Part shown: piece after piece, positions 12,936 through 25,823 of the stretch
Numbering within the stretch: the first letter of the stretch is position 1
Layout of the letters: every line of letters begins with the position of its first letter
Source of the DNA: Saccostrea cucullata
Taxonomy: Eukaryota
NCBI RefSeq assembly: GCF_032062105.1
Contig: NW_026928226.1
Coordinates: forward strand, 248,001-312,000
Direction: 5' to 3'
Length of the DNA: 64,000 bases
Notes under the pieces: generated by a model
Databases searched by the model: none
What the model was told of the DNA's origin: nothing
The model's input: only the letters and a program-made list of their open reading frames with translations
Program-made: the position numbers and the translations under genes

Positions 12936-13292
12936 CAATTAGGGAATCAAACAAAAGTTTCTCTTATACCCAAACTAGATTCAGTGATGTTCAAATAAAG
13001 TATTGAATTTACTTTTTACTTTAGGAAACTACATATATTTGATAAGATATAAGATGATAATGTACTTAGTTAAATTGTTTGAAGCATAAGGATCTATAGA
13101 GGGACAAAACTTCTTCTAGTGTTGAAACTTATAAAAAGAGTGCCTGTGTTAGGCAGAACTGCTTTGAAAATATTCTTTACCAAAATCGTCAAAAGAAAAA
13201 TGTCAAATGCAGATACGTTGTGAATTAATTGAATATTTAAATTCATATTCAGCAACATGTAGTGTAATGTTCAAAATGTAATAAAACATATG

Positions 13293-13390
13293 CAGATAAC
13301 GAAAAGTACTCAAGATTAAAAGTCCATAAAACAGTACAAAATAGGAATAAACACGGACCCCCGAACCATCAGATGTGGGTTCAGGAGCCA
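13293..13390 (-). mobile_element. Naiad PLE 3'-end fragment
   Basis: ACACGGACCCCCGAACCATCAGATGTGGGTTCAGG matches ~48941-48975. Confidence 0.75.
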
Positions 13391-14907
13391 GTTTGATAAT
13401 ATTAAGTGGTGTGTAGTAAATCGTAAACTTTATTCAGAAACTGAATATTTTTTACAAGTATATTACTGGTTAACATTTTCATGTTTACTGGTTTATAATC
13501 AGTTTGGGATTATACTGATGATTTCCAGATTTTCTTATTAGGTCTAAGAGAGGTAGACTTGCATATGAATTAGTTAATACTGGACAAACAGGTTTTATAC
13601 ATTGTAATAATATAAACTCGCCTATACGTCGATGGTTTTGGAAGTTGAATTTTGGATTAAAAACCATTGTCCAACTTATATTGGAGCTTTAAAGAAACTG
13701 AGGTTTTAGAGGGTCAATCCATCTGATTATAGCTGAAAAAAAAAACAACATACTTCCTAAGTTTCGAAAATGAAACAAGTTAAAGGGTAAAAGGTTTAGT
13801 AATTATTGTTGTGACTAAACATTCACTTTCTGTTTATTCCAAAACCCCTATAATCTTCAGGGCATGTAGGTTTGGAGGCCGTCATGAAGAAATTTGATGT
13901 AATTGATTCCTGATACCGGTTCTTTACTCTCATTAACCTTCAGATATATTTTGCAAAAATGTTGCTTTCTAGAAACCACCAGAAATTGGACTATCATCTC
14001 CCACCCGAAAGAGATATTGAACAACAAGATCATATATATGTATATTTAAGAAATTGGCATATAAAACTACCTTTGTGCTACTGCAATTCTTTCTTTTTCT
14101 CACACCTTTTTTCTCACGCCGTTTTGTTAAGTGCATTTTACTGTAAATTCATTTCGTCGGTTTAAAGCAATGAATTTGATTTTCATAATCTCTTTGAGTG
14201 TCAGACAAACATAAATAACTACAATTTCTGATTTTTTTTTTTAAAAGATAATTTTACACGCTGTCGTTTTCACTCATTTTACAAAACATATGGTGACCAT
14301 TGAGTCGTAAGCTTTTATAATGTCAAATAATTCTTTAAAACAGTGTAAACTACCCCCAAGATGATGCTTATCAAATTTGCCAAGTGTTTTGAAAGTCAAT
14401 CAAGCATCTTCGGTGATAATTTGTTGAATTTTGGCAAACAGTACATTACTGTTCTAAGTGCTTGTCGTCCATTATTGATGCTCAAGTGTCTGTAAAACAG
14501 AGTGGCTGTAGATTCCACATATTTCAGTGAATATTTCTTTGGGATTCCAAACTTTAACAGCATCTTTAATGAAACATTTATTTTCACTCTAATGACTGAT
14601 TCTTTATCAATCAGTATTAATGCAGTGTCTCGTATACCCATTGTTTCCAAGCTTCTGACAATGAAACTATTTGATTTAAATTCATTAAAGATTCAGTGAT
14701 GAGAGAAAGTCAAGCTTAATGTCGTATGATTTCTATAATTTTTATCATAGAGTTAGGACATTATGTAGTAAACATTCCTAGTATATTGATTAACACTGAT
14801 TAAAACCTAATTAGACTCATTAAAATATACTTATATTTTACATCTATTTTTGGGAGGAGTTTGGGCTGGGTAGAAAATTAAGAAGAGGACAGATTCTATT
14901 TTTGATA

Positions 14908-16085
14908 CGCACAGCAGTCTGAAGCATGTTTCATACAAAATTTTCTATGACCACACTGTATTAGCAGTTAAAAATATTGCAAAACAAGCCTATGCTTCAT
15001 TTTCTTTCCCATCATTCCCAGTATTTTTCTTCAAATTTTATTTTCATCAATTACATTAAAAAAGGTATAGTTTTGTAGAATAATTTAGGACGTACAGAAA
15101 ATATTCTGATTTTAATACCATATTTATAAAATCTATTTGTTAGAAAGATTCCTTTTGAAATCATTTGATTTAAAAAAAAATGAGGAATTATATTTAGTGT
15201 TTTCTTCTTTTCATTTCGTATAAGATGATGCACATTTTCGGCTTTATATGAATAAAATATAGGTCTGCTGATAAAGGGGCGCAAATCGTATTCATGGGAA
15301 CGCAGGCATCTTTAGAAACGTTGAATTTTTTAAGATAGTAATTGATCCAAATACCAGTTTCCAGGATTTGATCCGAGGTATTCTTAACAAGGATGAACAG
15401 TGAAACATGTTTTGTCAACGTAGATCTGTGATAATCCTGTGTTAGAGAAAACAAGAATTTTTCTCAAACTTCGGTATAGGAAGTCCACTCCCTTCTACTT
15501 TTAATTACTGCCTCCCTTAAAAATGAATTTCAAAGATTCAAACTGGGGATTCAAGCTTTAAAAAGTATTTTAAACAATTTTTTATATATGAGCACGATAT
15601 TTTTCTCATATTTGACTATTTCTATTTGAAACCGATTTTGAATGGTTTTGTCGCTTTCATTCCCATATGAGAAGATAAACTTTTATCTTAAAATGACATC
15701 AAAATGTCACATCTTTTCGTTGAATTTCATAACAATAGATTTTCATCGTTATAAGAGGCAAAACTTCAAGGACATGTGAAAGTCATGAATTAAGACATAA
15801 TCCCTTGAGAATAACATTTAAATATGCGCAATATATACCTTTTTACATACCTGTCATGCATTCAATGTCATTTAATATGGGGCTACAATAGGGATTTCAA
15901 AAATAAATGCTACAATGGTAATAAAACAGCTACTTTCTTATTCATTATAAAACAGAACAATGGATTAGTACCCATTAAAGTACAAGTAAGCTTACAGCTA
16001 AAACGTAGTACAGTACTAGTGCCACAGGTTTTTCGTAAAGTGTTAATTTTTACAGAGGCTCTACTACAGAGGTAACTTTTTTCAC
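14908..16085 (+). repeat. Copy 2 of the duplicated segment
   Basis: Colinear with 4970-6780; contains its own Naiad RT fragment at ~15195-15300. Confidence 0.75.
15195..15300 (-). mobile_element. Naiad RT fragment
   Basis: Translates as VPMNTICAPLSADLYF, cf. IPMGTNFAPLLADLFL in the 49618-51051 ORF. Confidence 0.7.
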
Positions 16086-19000
16086 AAATTTATTCAAATA
16101 TAAGGCAGGATTTTACATTACCCCTAAAACCCAACCTGACTAGGGGGTATGGGATATTATAACATAAATTGCAGTCACTCACCCATACAAACAGATAAAC
16201 ATTCACTCGAAAGACAGTAGAAAAGAGATGGAGAGATAGAAAGGTTACTCTGGTTGTTTTTTATACAAACCATATATACAATAGTTGAACTATAGTTACA
16301 TTTTTTTTTTTAAATAAACATATTTCTAATTAAATATGATTCTATCTATTTATGTTTGGGAATTTTTGCTAGCAAAAACTGAAATTTAAATAGAACAACT
16401 TGAACAAAATAAAGCGTGCATATATTGACATATATTTGCATATTATACACTCATCTCTTCATGTTATTGCAGAAGATTTGATTCAAGGACAAATGCAAAG
16501 ATATAATTATGCTTTTAAACAATATTTCACACTATTAATACATGAGGATACTTCCACATGAATTCCATCTTTTGTGGCCCAGTGGCCATTGAAAAGAATA
16601 TTTTCAAAAGATAATATTTATTTTTCACTTATTTACGATTATCTCTCTTTGAATAAACTTGAATCCCCTTCACCTAAGAATATGTTGAGTCACGTTTTGT
16701 CCGCCGTCACGTTATGTCCGCCGTCACGAAATGTCCGCCTCTTTTTCGGAAAAATCGTCACGTTATGTCCGCCGTCACGAAATGTCCGCCTCTTTTTCGG
16801 AAAAATCGTCACGTTATGTCCGCCGCCACGAAATGTCCGCTTTTTTTCGGATAAATAGTCACACTATGTCCGCCTCTACAACATGTCCGCCGCCAAGAAA
16901 TGTCCGCCCCCCCCCCCCCAAAAAAAATCGTCACACTATTTCTGCCGTCACGAAGTGTCCACCGATCATCCAAAATTGTCTTTTCGTTATGTCTGCCCCA
17001 ACGAAATGTCCGTCAAAGATTGAAAATAGTGTTTATTAATGATAACGGTTTGTCTAATCTAATTTGCTACAAATGATTTCATTGAACTACATTATTTCGA
17101 TCAATAAATGGATATTTGTTTAATTCCTCTTGATTGTTTACGGTATTTGAGAATTTAATGGCATGTTGTTAAAATGCAATTAAAATAAAATAAATAATCG
17201 GGTAAGAATTCTGATCGAATCTTGATTGACGAAATTCGAAGCGGAGAGAGTATTAGCATGTACATATAGGTACAGATTGTACATGTATACATTTCCTAAG
17301 GATTTTCATTATACAACACATGTATGTATAAATTTAATTTCTCACAAATACGAAATTTTTGCTCAGCAGACAAGGATAAAGCACGTTTTTTACTTTTCTA
17401 AAATAAAAGGAAATGCAATTTAGCAAATCTGGATGGGAGATGGGGGTGGTTACACCTCCTTTGGGATATGCTAGAGTGAGTGAAATTCCGAATATTTGTT
17501 GTGTTTTAACACAAGTACCGGTATTTAGCTCGTGATAGGCTACTTATACAATTTATGTATGAAAAAAAAAATCGGTCGTTCAAATAAAATACGCGCCTGC
17601 AATATTGCATGCACTGTTTTAATGTGGCATATTTATAGATTTTTTATGATACTATTTATAACAGATAAAGTTATTTCAGTTTGATGCCTAATAACAGGAA
17701 TATTGTGGTTTGCCGATTAAATCAATATATTTCTTGTTTTAAATACCTAACTAAAATGTTTTGTGTAGATATGACGAGATATGACAAGTTTAGATAAAAG
17801 TTCGAGCAAATATCACTTGAGCCGATATATCCGGGAATTATAAAAAAGAAGTTTTTAGTCATTGTGTATTACATACTATATGTGTATATTTATAGGTATT
17901 ACATATTTATTTTTCATTTACCGGTAAGTTCGGTAAAATAAATGGGCATATACATGTACGTCAGGTGCGACGTTTCTACGTCTGTATTCATAGGAATCTT
18001 TTCGATTTTAAAATTGAATTTCCCTTACAAGGGCTGTTTATTGTCAACTTCTAGGAGCGACTCTTGATGGTCTTGCTTATTGAAAGCAAAAAGAGGACTG
18101 TTCCCGCCCCGTTGAAGTGGGTCTCATCGGAAAGGTAATGTCTGGGAAATTTGACATCTATTCTGATGTAGGTTCTGCCAAGGATTGTCTTCATCTTATT
18201 GTTAACAGTCCTGCGGCGGACATAACGTAACAGTCCTTAACAACCTCGTCACGCTGCAGAGGAAATCGAAATTTTCCTCTAGAAACAATATCTGTGAAGA
18301 AAATCTATGGTTGTCTGCAACTGGGACTCAAGACTTTAATTTGGTCGAAAAGGCTTGTCAGACAGTCAATGACTGTTGACGCCTCGGCTCCACTGGAAAT
18401 GTCGTTTCCCCCTAAGCACATTACGACGATGCCCGGGTTGTACCTCAACATCTTGTAGATGGTATTTGGACAGGGTACCTGTAAAGTGCGAAACGAAAAA
18501 GAAACGAAACGAAATCTACCGAAAAGAAACAAAATCTACCGAAACGAAATCAAGACGAAACGAAACATAATCAAAACAAAACCTGCCGAAACGAAACGAA
18601 ACAAACTATTGAAATCTTCGTTTTTCCCCAAATCAAGGTAATTCATGTATATACTTATATATGTGTAACTGCTTGTGGACTTTTTTTTTACTTCAAATAA
18701 AATTCATATGTAGTTCTTGCACTTGTTAATATAAAATTTGATTACCGAAAAATTATGCTCCCTTGTCAGTCTAATGATGTATTTACAGTCGTTTGGCCAA
18801 TTTCGGATTTTGGCCAGTTCCGAATAATTATTAATTTAAGGACTGATAATTAATAAATTCAACGGTGTAAAAATAAATTGATTTCTATGGTGAGAAGGCT
18901 TACTTATGAGTGTTTGAATTATGTGAAGTTTTGATTTTTTGCCCTCGGTTTGGTTTCGTTATCGTACTTGAAACAGTCGACATACTTTTACAACGCAACA

Positions 19001-19258
19001 AATCTGAATCACCGAGACGCGTAAGTCTGCAGAAAAACCGCTGTGTATACATAAATTTTTCACATAAAACCACGTTCCAGGTCTCAAAAGTAAGTTTTAT
19101 ATGTCCTCTAAAATATGCTAAAAACTTGTCAAAAATAAATATTTAGAACACTGTAAGATATTGAAATATTTTCGTTTTCTTATTTTACCAGTTCCGCATA
19201 CCCATTTTGAACACTATTATAAATTCACTCTTCTTTGTTTTCTTCATTGTAAACGTGA

Positions 19259-19780
19259 CTTTTTATAACCACGCTGGAAAAACAGGAAGAAGGAGTATAT
19301 AGTAATGGAATCTTTGTCCATCCATCCGTCTCTACGTCCGTCCGTCCGTCTAGCTCCGTCTGATATTCTATGGGGTATCCATTTCTTATCCGCAACCCCT
19401 ATTCTACCACTGAATGAAGTTCAATGAGGTTTCACGGAATTTAATAAGTCTTTCACAGAATCTTTGTTTAAGAGAACCAAAGTGCACCTATTTTATTTTT
19501 GGATTAGGCACATAATTTGGCTCCTTGAGAAAAACATGGATACTGTCATTTTTGTAACATTGAAAGGTATATACATCTCTTATCCGCAATTCCTCTTATT
19601 CCACTGAATAAGATTAAATGATACTTTCACAGATTCTTTATTATATTGTGAAATTGTTAACTTTTGATCTGACACTTATTTTGGGTCTTCCAGAGCAAAA
19701 CATGGACTTTGTCATAAATAATCGTAAAAGAGGTGTGGGGTATCATTAAAATGAGCTCAGTGCCCACAGTGCCTCTAGTT
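19259..19780. repeat. Helentron-like non-autonomous repeat with (GTCC)n
   Basis: TTTTATA head, GTCC microsatellite, two TCTTATCCGCAA subunits, terminal CTCTAGTT. Confidence 0.55.
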
Positions 19781-19916
19781 CTCTACAACCTTTGGAAATA
19801 CAAATAATATATTGGTAAACAATTAATTTAACTTTTCTTACTAATAGACATGACAATGGATAACGTCTGGGACGTATATTTTTTAATTTAAGGTTGAATT
19901 GAATAAGAATCTTTAA

Positions 19917-20515
19917 AGCGGCACAGTGAGTCAAAATCATATCGTAATTTTAAGATATCTATAGCATACAGAGAAAGACTTATGAAATAATGAGTATTTA
20001 GCGAATATATGACAATTAAACTGCAAGAATTGACTGCACAATATAAGTGCCGGAAAAATAAAGGTTGTATCTACCGTTTCGTTGTTTCGGTTATGTCAAG
20101 GTCACGCAACTCTTATTTTAAGCTCAAACTTGTAAACAACATTCAACTGGAGCATGCAAAGGTGAGAAATGTATTCTAAAAACTTTTTTAAAAAGATTAA
20201 ATCAATTTTTTTTTGTCTTCTTACATTCATTCGTGGATAACTGAGACCATTGTAACTATGGAAACTTATTTAACACTTTTCTGCGCACGCGTACAATAGG
20301 GAGGAAGAAGTACCAAGGTATTTTGCAATATTTTCGTTCTGGGGCAGACAGAAATTATTTTTACTTTTATTTTTCCCCATAAAAATATCATTTTTAGCTT
20401 CTGAAACATGTAATTTTCTGAAACTGAATACTTTAAGAAATTGAACAAAATTTACAGAGGTCATGCGAAAATTCTACTTTTGTCAATTTTCCCCTTTGTG
20501 CGTCACAGTGCCGCT
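19917..20515. mobile_element. TTAA-flanked MITE (Kolobok/Crypton-like termini)
   Basis: TTAA|AGCGGCACAGTGA...TCACAGTGCCGCT|TTAA. Confidence 0.8.
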
Positions 20516-22281
20516 TTAAGCTATCCGGAACTCGTCGGCTTATTCGTAACTGGTAAAATGGACACTTATGGTAACTTGCGTAATAATTTTTTTGGAGGGA
20601 AGGCCGAACTTTTATGAAACAATATTTAATTCAACAAGTCATCAAACTACCTTGACAAAGCACTTGGATTTTGAAATAATGCCTTGTTTATTTATAGCAC
20701 CGCCGAATCGGTTTCTTATTCAGAACTGGCCAAATAACTGTACATGCTTGCCAGCTGCAAATATGCACGAACGTATGTACTATGCATGTAAAATTTCAAT
20801 ATGTGAACTATTTTCAAATTTTTATGTCTTAAAGTTATTTCCAGCCCTTATTTATATAGATACATGATATCTATCAAAACTGATATGTTACATGTAAAGG
20901 CTCGTTTATGTACGGGTCAAAATAAAGTCACTGTACTGTTGTATGTTGCGAATGTCTTAAAACATAGGATAAACCAGAGATTTCCGAGTATTTAGTACAC
21001 TGTATTTCATTCCGAGATGTCTGGTTTTATAGTTCAATTATACAGGTAACTCCAATCGGAATCGTGTGTATCCTTCCTACGTACAGACGGTCCTATTTTT
21101 CATCGAGGTAAATAAGTGGTAATTATTTAGTGTTATATTAACAAAATTAAGTATGACATAAAGGCAGGGAGGTTTAGACCCTTAGCCCCCCAACCTTTTT
21201 GCAAAGATATATATTAAACAGGCATTAAAAATTGGGGTTTCCCTTTCTGGTTGGTTAAGCCCCCCACCCCACCTCACCCCTGTCAATTTGCTTGCGACGC
21301 CCATGATGCAACATATCTATCAAAACTGAAGTTTTACAGAAACTTACGAGTATTTCAATGCGAGGTGTCTGGGTGGTTTTATCGTTCACTTATACATGCA
21401 ACTCTAACAGCAGTGTGTATCCCATCTACGTTCATACGGCCTTATTTTGTATCGGGGTATTTTTCGAGGGAGAAATGAGTAGTATGCAATGAAAAGGCTC
21501 GACAAAAGACGTCTAAAAGGATTTAATTGACAAGGAAATATTCTCTCAAAACGAATGATGTCAATTTAATGAATGTCAATTATTGATATATTAACAAAAT
21601 ATGAATTTGAATTTTAAGCGAGGGCGCCTGAACTTGAGTTAGGTACCTAGTGTTAAAAACAAGTAGGGTACCCCTTATTCGAAACAATTGCCCTGGTAAA
21701 GAAGCTTACTATATAAATTTCATATGAAGTTTCGTTTCGTTTCTATTTCGTTTCGCACTTTACCGGTACCCAGTTGGACAAGGTTGAGAAGCTGTCATCC
21801 CACCAACTCCAAATCACCCGACTTCAAATGGCAGGACAAAGTCTGTAAAGCTTGAAGCTACCTTCACGTAGGATGAACCGAATGTGACAGCTCTCATGGT
21901 GTCTATGAAATAAAATAACAAAATTACAGTTATAATAAACTCGAGGCAAATTATGTAATTATATAATGATAATCTCTTTTTGACACCTTATAATTAAAAT
22001 GCAATTATCTTATATAAAAATATTTATTATTTATGATTTTTTAAAAAAAATCTTTTGGAAGTTATACTTATTGGGTTATTGGGTTTTGAAATCAATTACC
22101 GTGTTGATAATAAATCGGTAATGTGGTTATAAATTACGCCTAAATATCCTCATCATGAAGTACGCTGGGAGTTCAATAATACTGCTAAACTATCTAATCA
22201 TTATCGCTACTCCTCATTAAAATGTTGCGCGCTTATCAACCTTACATCTCACATCAATAAGACGATTGATTCTCATTACTT

Positions 22282-22613
22282 TGGTGTCCGGGCCATTTGC
22301 ATTAGCACAACATCGCATTCAGATAAACGCACCGTTGCGATAACACACAACACGCTGTCGCGCTAACGCAACTTTGCACATGGAGCAAACACACAACGCG
22401 CCGTCGCGCTAACACAACCTTGCACGGCGCATTGTCCAATGTTGTGTTAGTTCGACGGTGTGTTGTGTGTTGGCGCGTTGTGCAAAGTTGTGTTGGCGCG
22501 ACGGCGTATGGAGCAAAGTTGCATTAGCGCGACAGCGTGTTGAGTGTTAGCGCGATGTCCCGGTCATCTAAACACGATGTCGCGCTAACGCAAATGGCCC
22601 TATTCGGACACCA
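22282..22613. mobile_element. Foldback MITE with internal tandem repeats
   Basis: TGGTGTCCG..GGCCATTTGC / GCAAATGGCC..CGGACACCA; internal GTCGCGCTAACAC units invert about the centre. Confidence 0.85.
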
Positions 22614-23422
22614 TAAATTACCGCTCCATACAGGAATGGGTAATTGATGACGCAGAAACTGAATCCTATATTCTATATATCTATAAATAAATCACAATGT
22701 TTCAAAGAAAGTTTGCAATCTAATTCAGTCTCAAAAATTTCTGTGTTTGGAGATATGATAAACAAAGCCCTCAGTAATGTGTCTTTAAAAGATTATAAGT
22801 GTGGAGAACACCTAACCAAACAAGAAACCTTTTTAAGTGACCAGGGAATACATTTATTATGCTTGACCATGTACGGTTCTTTGTACATAATTATGTAAAG
22901 CGAACTAAAGATGGGCATTGTAGCGATATATGTACTGTTCTTAGAAGAGGGATTAAATAGAATTAAAAAAAAAGGTTAAAATTTAAATTGATTTAACTTA
23001 ACTTCAAATAGATATAAACAGACTTGTCTTACCCTATTTTCCATAATTTTATGTGTTTGGCGAGAATGGTACACTGTAGCTCCAACTGGAAGCTTGTTCA
23101 GGGGAAAGGGGCCTTACCATCATAAACTCTATTCCCTAACCTCCTTATTTAGGGGCGCTGCCATGTTTGGATCACGTGACTTGGCGCCATAAAGGTGCTG
23201 ATAACGCCATAATTCGGTCATATTTTCAATGCAGTAACTTTATTCATCAATTTATTGGCGTAATTTAAATACAAACACGTTTCTTTATTTGGTCTTTTTT
23301 TCTCTTCATTGTTCGTATAATTAAAACATTTAGATCGATTTATTGTTATTTAACTTACTTTTTAAGGCTAAGTTGGTTAAATTTTACCCGTATTTGGGAG
23401 GTTTAATAAATATTACGTCGTG

Positions 23423-23843
23423 CATTGGCGTCGGAAGCAAATTGAATGTGGGGGGGCTAGGTGTTAAAAAAATTTTTTTTTTACCTTCTCAAAAAAACCT
23501 GACAAGCAAAAAAAAAAAAAAGGAAGGAAATGTGAATTTCCCAAACACGAAAATCCTATTTCGTGGGGGGGGGGGGGGGGGGGGGGGGTTGTAAATTCAA
23601 ACTTTTCAGTACCAAAATTTTTTTTTATACACCACCTTTTCACCATTTTTTACCTATACTGCGATATATCTTGGAAAGTGGGGGGGGGGGCTAAACCTAC
23701 GAAGCAATGTTCAATGTCTATACATGTATACATTTGGAAAAAAAGTGGGGGGGGGCTAAGTCAATACTAAGTATATATTTGGGAAAAAAAGTGGGGGGGC
23801 TAAGCCCCCCCTAGCCCCCCCCCCCCCGGTTCCGACGCCTATG
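23423..23843. mobile_element. hAT-like MITE with 5-bp TSD
   Basis: TCGTG|CATTGGCGTCGGAA...TTCCGACGCCTATG|TCGTG; G-run subterminal repeats. Confidence 0.85.
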
Positions 23844-23880
23844 TCGTGTTTGCTTTGAAATCAATTCTATTATTTAAGAT

Positions 23881-24393
23881 TATAGCGAGTGTCGCTCGCG
23901 TAGCGAGCCCAATAGACTAACGTGTACGAACGGAGGATGAAAAGTTCTGTTGACTTAGGACACAAACGCTAGTTTTATAGAAAAGAGATTGCATTAAATC
24001 GTTCTTTTCAGGTACGTTTTAGCCACCATGTGGCTATGCACCGCAACATGTTTTCCAAGTTTCACGGAAGCAACCGACATAACTTCGTCAAAATTCGTAA
24101 GTTTCCGGTGACGTCATTTGTATCATTTCCGAAGGGCAAGGTGAAGGCCGGTGCTGTTGCATGGGGGTATTTTTTTCATAAGATAATTCAAAATCATTTC
24201 GTTAAGATTTCGGTAAAATACAATGTTCCTTTATTTTTTTTTACTATTTTTTATATATTCGCGCAAAGGACATTTGGTAGTGCAGGAATTCTGGGAATGT
24301 TGCACAGAGAAATTTGGCTGGCGTATGTACAGATTTCAATCCGAATTTCCTCTTCTTACACGTTAGTTTATTGAGCTCGCTGCGTTCGCTATA
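23881..24393. mobile_element. MITE
   Basis: TATAGCGA..GCGAGCCCAATAGACTAACGTGTA / TACACGTTAGTTTATTGAGCTCGC..TCGCTATA. Confidence 0.75.
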
Positions 24394-24812
24394 ATGCAAT
24401 CCCCATGCCACAAATCTATTGTTTGCGTTCTAAGTCAATCAACAGGACTTTTTATTTGACGTCATACTTTCAAGTGATAAACAATCGGCAAACCTCGGCT
24501 AACTCCGCTCCGCTCCATTCATGTGCGAGGTACGAGTCATCTGAGGAACTCCGAGTGAGTGAAAAACGGCTCGGGTATTTCCGATTTTGTCGGAAACTTT
24601 TGAAAAGTTCGGAATCTCGATCCCGATGCCTGGAAAATGATGTTTTTTTCTTTATTCTTTTCCTCATTTTTAATGAACTGAGGTTAGACAGTGCAACGAA
24701 CAGCTGTGTAATTTTTTTATAGTAAATAACTGCGCTCGCCCCAACGGTCGCACATATATAGAACATATTAAAAGGCAAAAACTTATATAAGTAAGAATAT
24801 CAGATCTTTTAC

Positions 24813-24817
<5 letters not shown>

Positions 24818-24845
<28 letters not shown>
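24818..24845. repeat. (GA)n microsatellite
   Basis: ~14 GA units. Confidence 0.9.
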
Positions 24846-24848
<3 letters not shown>

Positions 24849-25312
24849 GGTAGTGGTTGGTCTTTTAAAATTATAACAGGTGATTTGTAAATCCGTTTCG
24901 AAAATAAATAGTATGTTGACGGTGCAACCGTTAGAGCGAGCGTAAACTCATCTTTTGTTTTAATTAAGATCGGGTTCGTCAAACCGCTCGTGACGTTAAG
25001 TGCGTATAGACTCTGACGTCATATGACGTTGTATGTGCAATATCAAGAAAAAACCTGAACAATGACGAAAGTTAATGGCGAATGTTTCGTTTACTATTTA
25101 TCTTCAATATGTATCCATTAAATCAAGGCGAGTAAACTTTTTGTTGAACTTTTGCTGTCATTCTCGCGAGAACTTAACTAAAACAAGTGATGCATTGTGG
25201 GTCCAAATTACCGTGTCAAAAATTCTATCGAATGCCAATCTCCCATGCAGAGTTGTCGTTCGTTCCTCTCTCAGACATGTATGAGCCGATGGTAGAGAGT
25301 GATCGAATGCAT

Positions 25313-25823
25313 CAATCTCTCACCAGAGGGCGTTTTACGCTCATCGCTCCAACACCTCTGTTATCGTCTAAATTACAAGAATCTTATCTTGTAAAACAAA
25401 AATAAATTACAGATTTCCACCAACTTGATAATTTTTTTTAATGAAAGTAGTAATATCAATCTGTAGCNNNNNNNNNNNNNNNNNNNNNNNNNNNNNNNNN
25501 NNNNNNNNNNNNNNNNNNNNNNNNNNNNNNNNNNNNNNNNNNNNNNNNNNNNNNNNNNNNNNNNNNNNNNNNNNNNNNNNNNNNNNNNNNNNNNNNNNNN
25601 GGCACTATTTTGTTCTGAATTTATACACATATTTTCAATTTGAAACCAAGGAGACAAAGTCAGGAAATATTTACTACCAGAGAGCTTAAAAAACATCATT
25701 GACAAATTATACAAAAAATCAATGTCTAACAATTTTTGTCGACAAATAATTATTTGACAACCCGCGCTACTTTTTAGACGACAACAGAGGTGTAAGCGGA
25801 GCGCGCCATCTGGTGAGAGATTG
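25313..25823. mobile_element. Mutator(MULE)-like MITE with 10-bp TSD
   Basis: TCGAATGCAT|CAATCTCTCACCAGA...TCTGGTGAGAGATTG|TCGAATGCAT; TIR extends through ACACCTCTGTT.TCGTCTAAA; the centre is an N gap. Confidence 0.8.
25468..25600. other. Assembly gap
   Basis: Run of 133 N. Confidence 1.

Larger units (their letters stand above)
18474..21770. mobile_element. Non-autonomous PIF/Harbinger-like element, 3.3 kb
   Basis: CAG|GGTACCTGTAAAGTGCGAAACGAAA...TTTCGTTTCGCACTTTACCGGTACC|CAG; 3-bp TSD CAG; subterminal CGAAA repeats. Confidence 0.85.
18051..21897 (-). pseudogene. SGNH/GDSL hydrolase-like gene, disrupted (pieces ~21771-21897 and 18051-18473)
   Basis: MRAVTFGSSYV (block I), FGVGG (block II), VVMCLGGNDI (block III), LSDETHF (DxxH, block V); TAG at 18051 then AATAAA at 18037-18042; upstream AG acceptor and ACC-ATG; one in-frame TGA and frameshifts. 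Confidence 0.75.

Noticed and set aside
16381-16415. Possible 5' continuation of TRIM fragment C (resembles AAACTTAAATCCCAACTTGATGAAATAAAG)
   Set aside because: Short A-rich gapped match with no B-box sequence upstream
16689-17015. Regular repeats that resemble a CRISPR array, and the 17-aa repeat ORFs (16574, 16731, 27260, 27271)
   Set aside because: Spacers are identical rather than unique, there are no cas genes, the context is eukaryotic, and a mirror copy at ~27085-27473 shows they are TIR subrepeats
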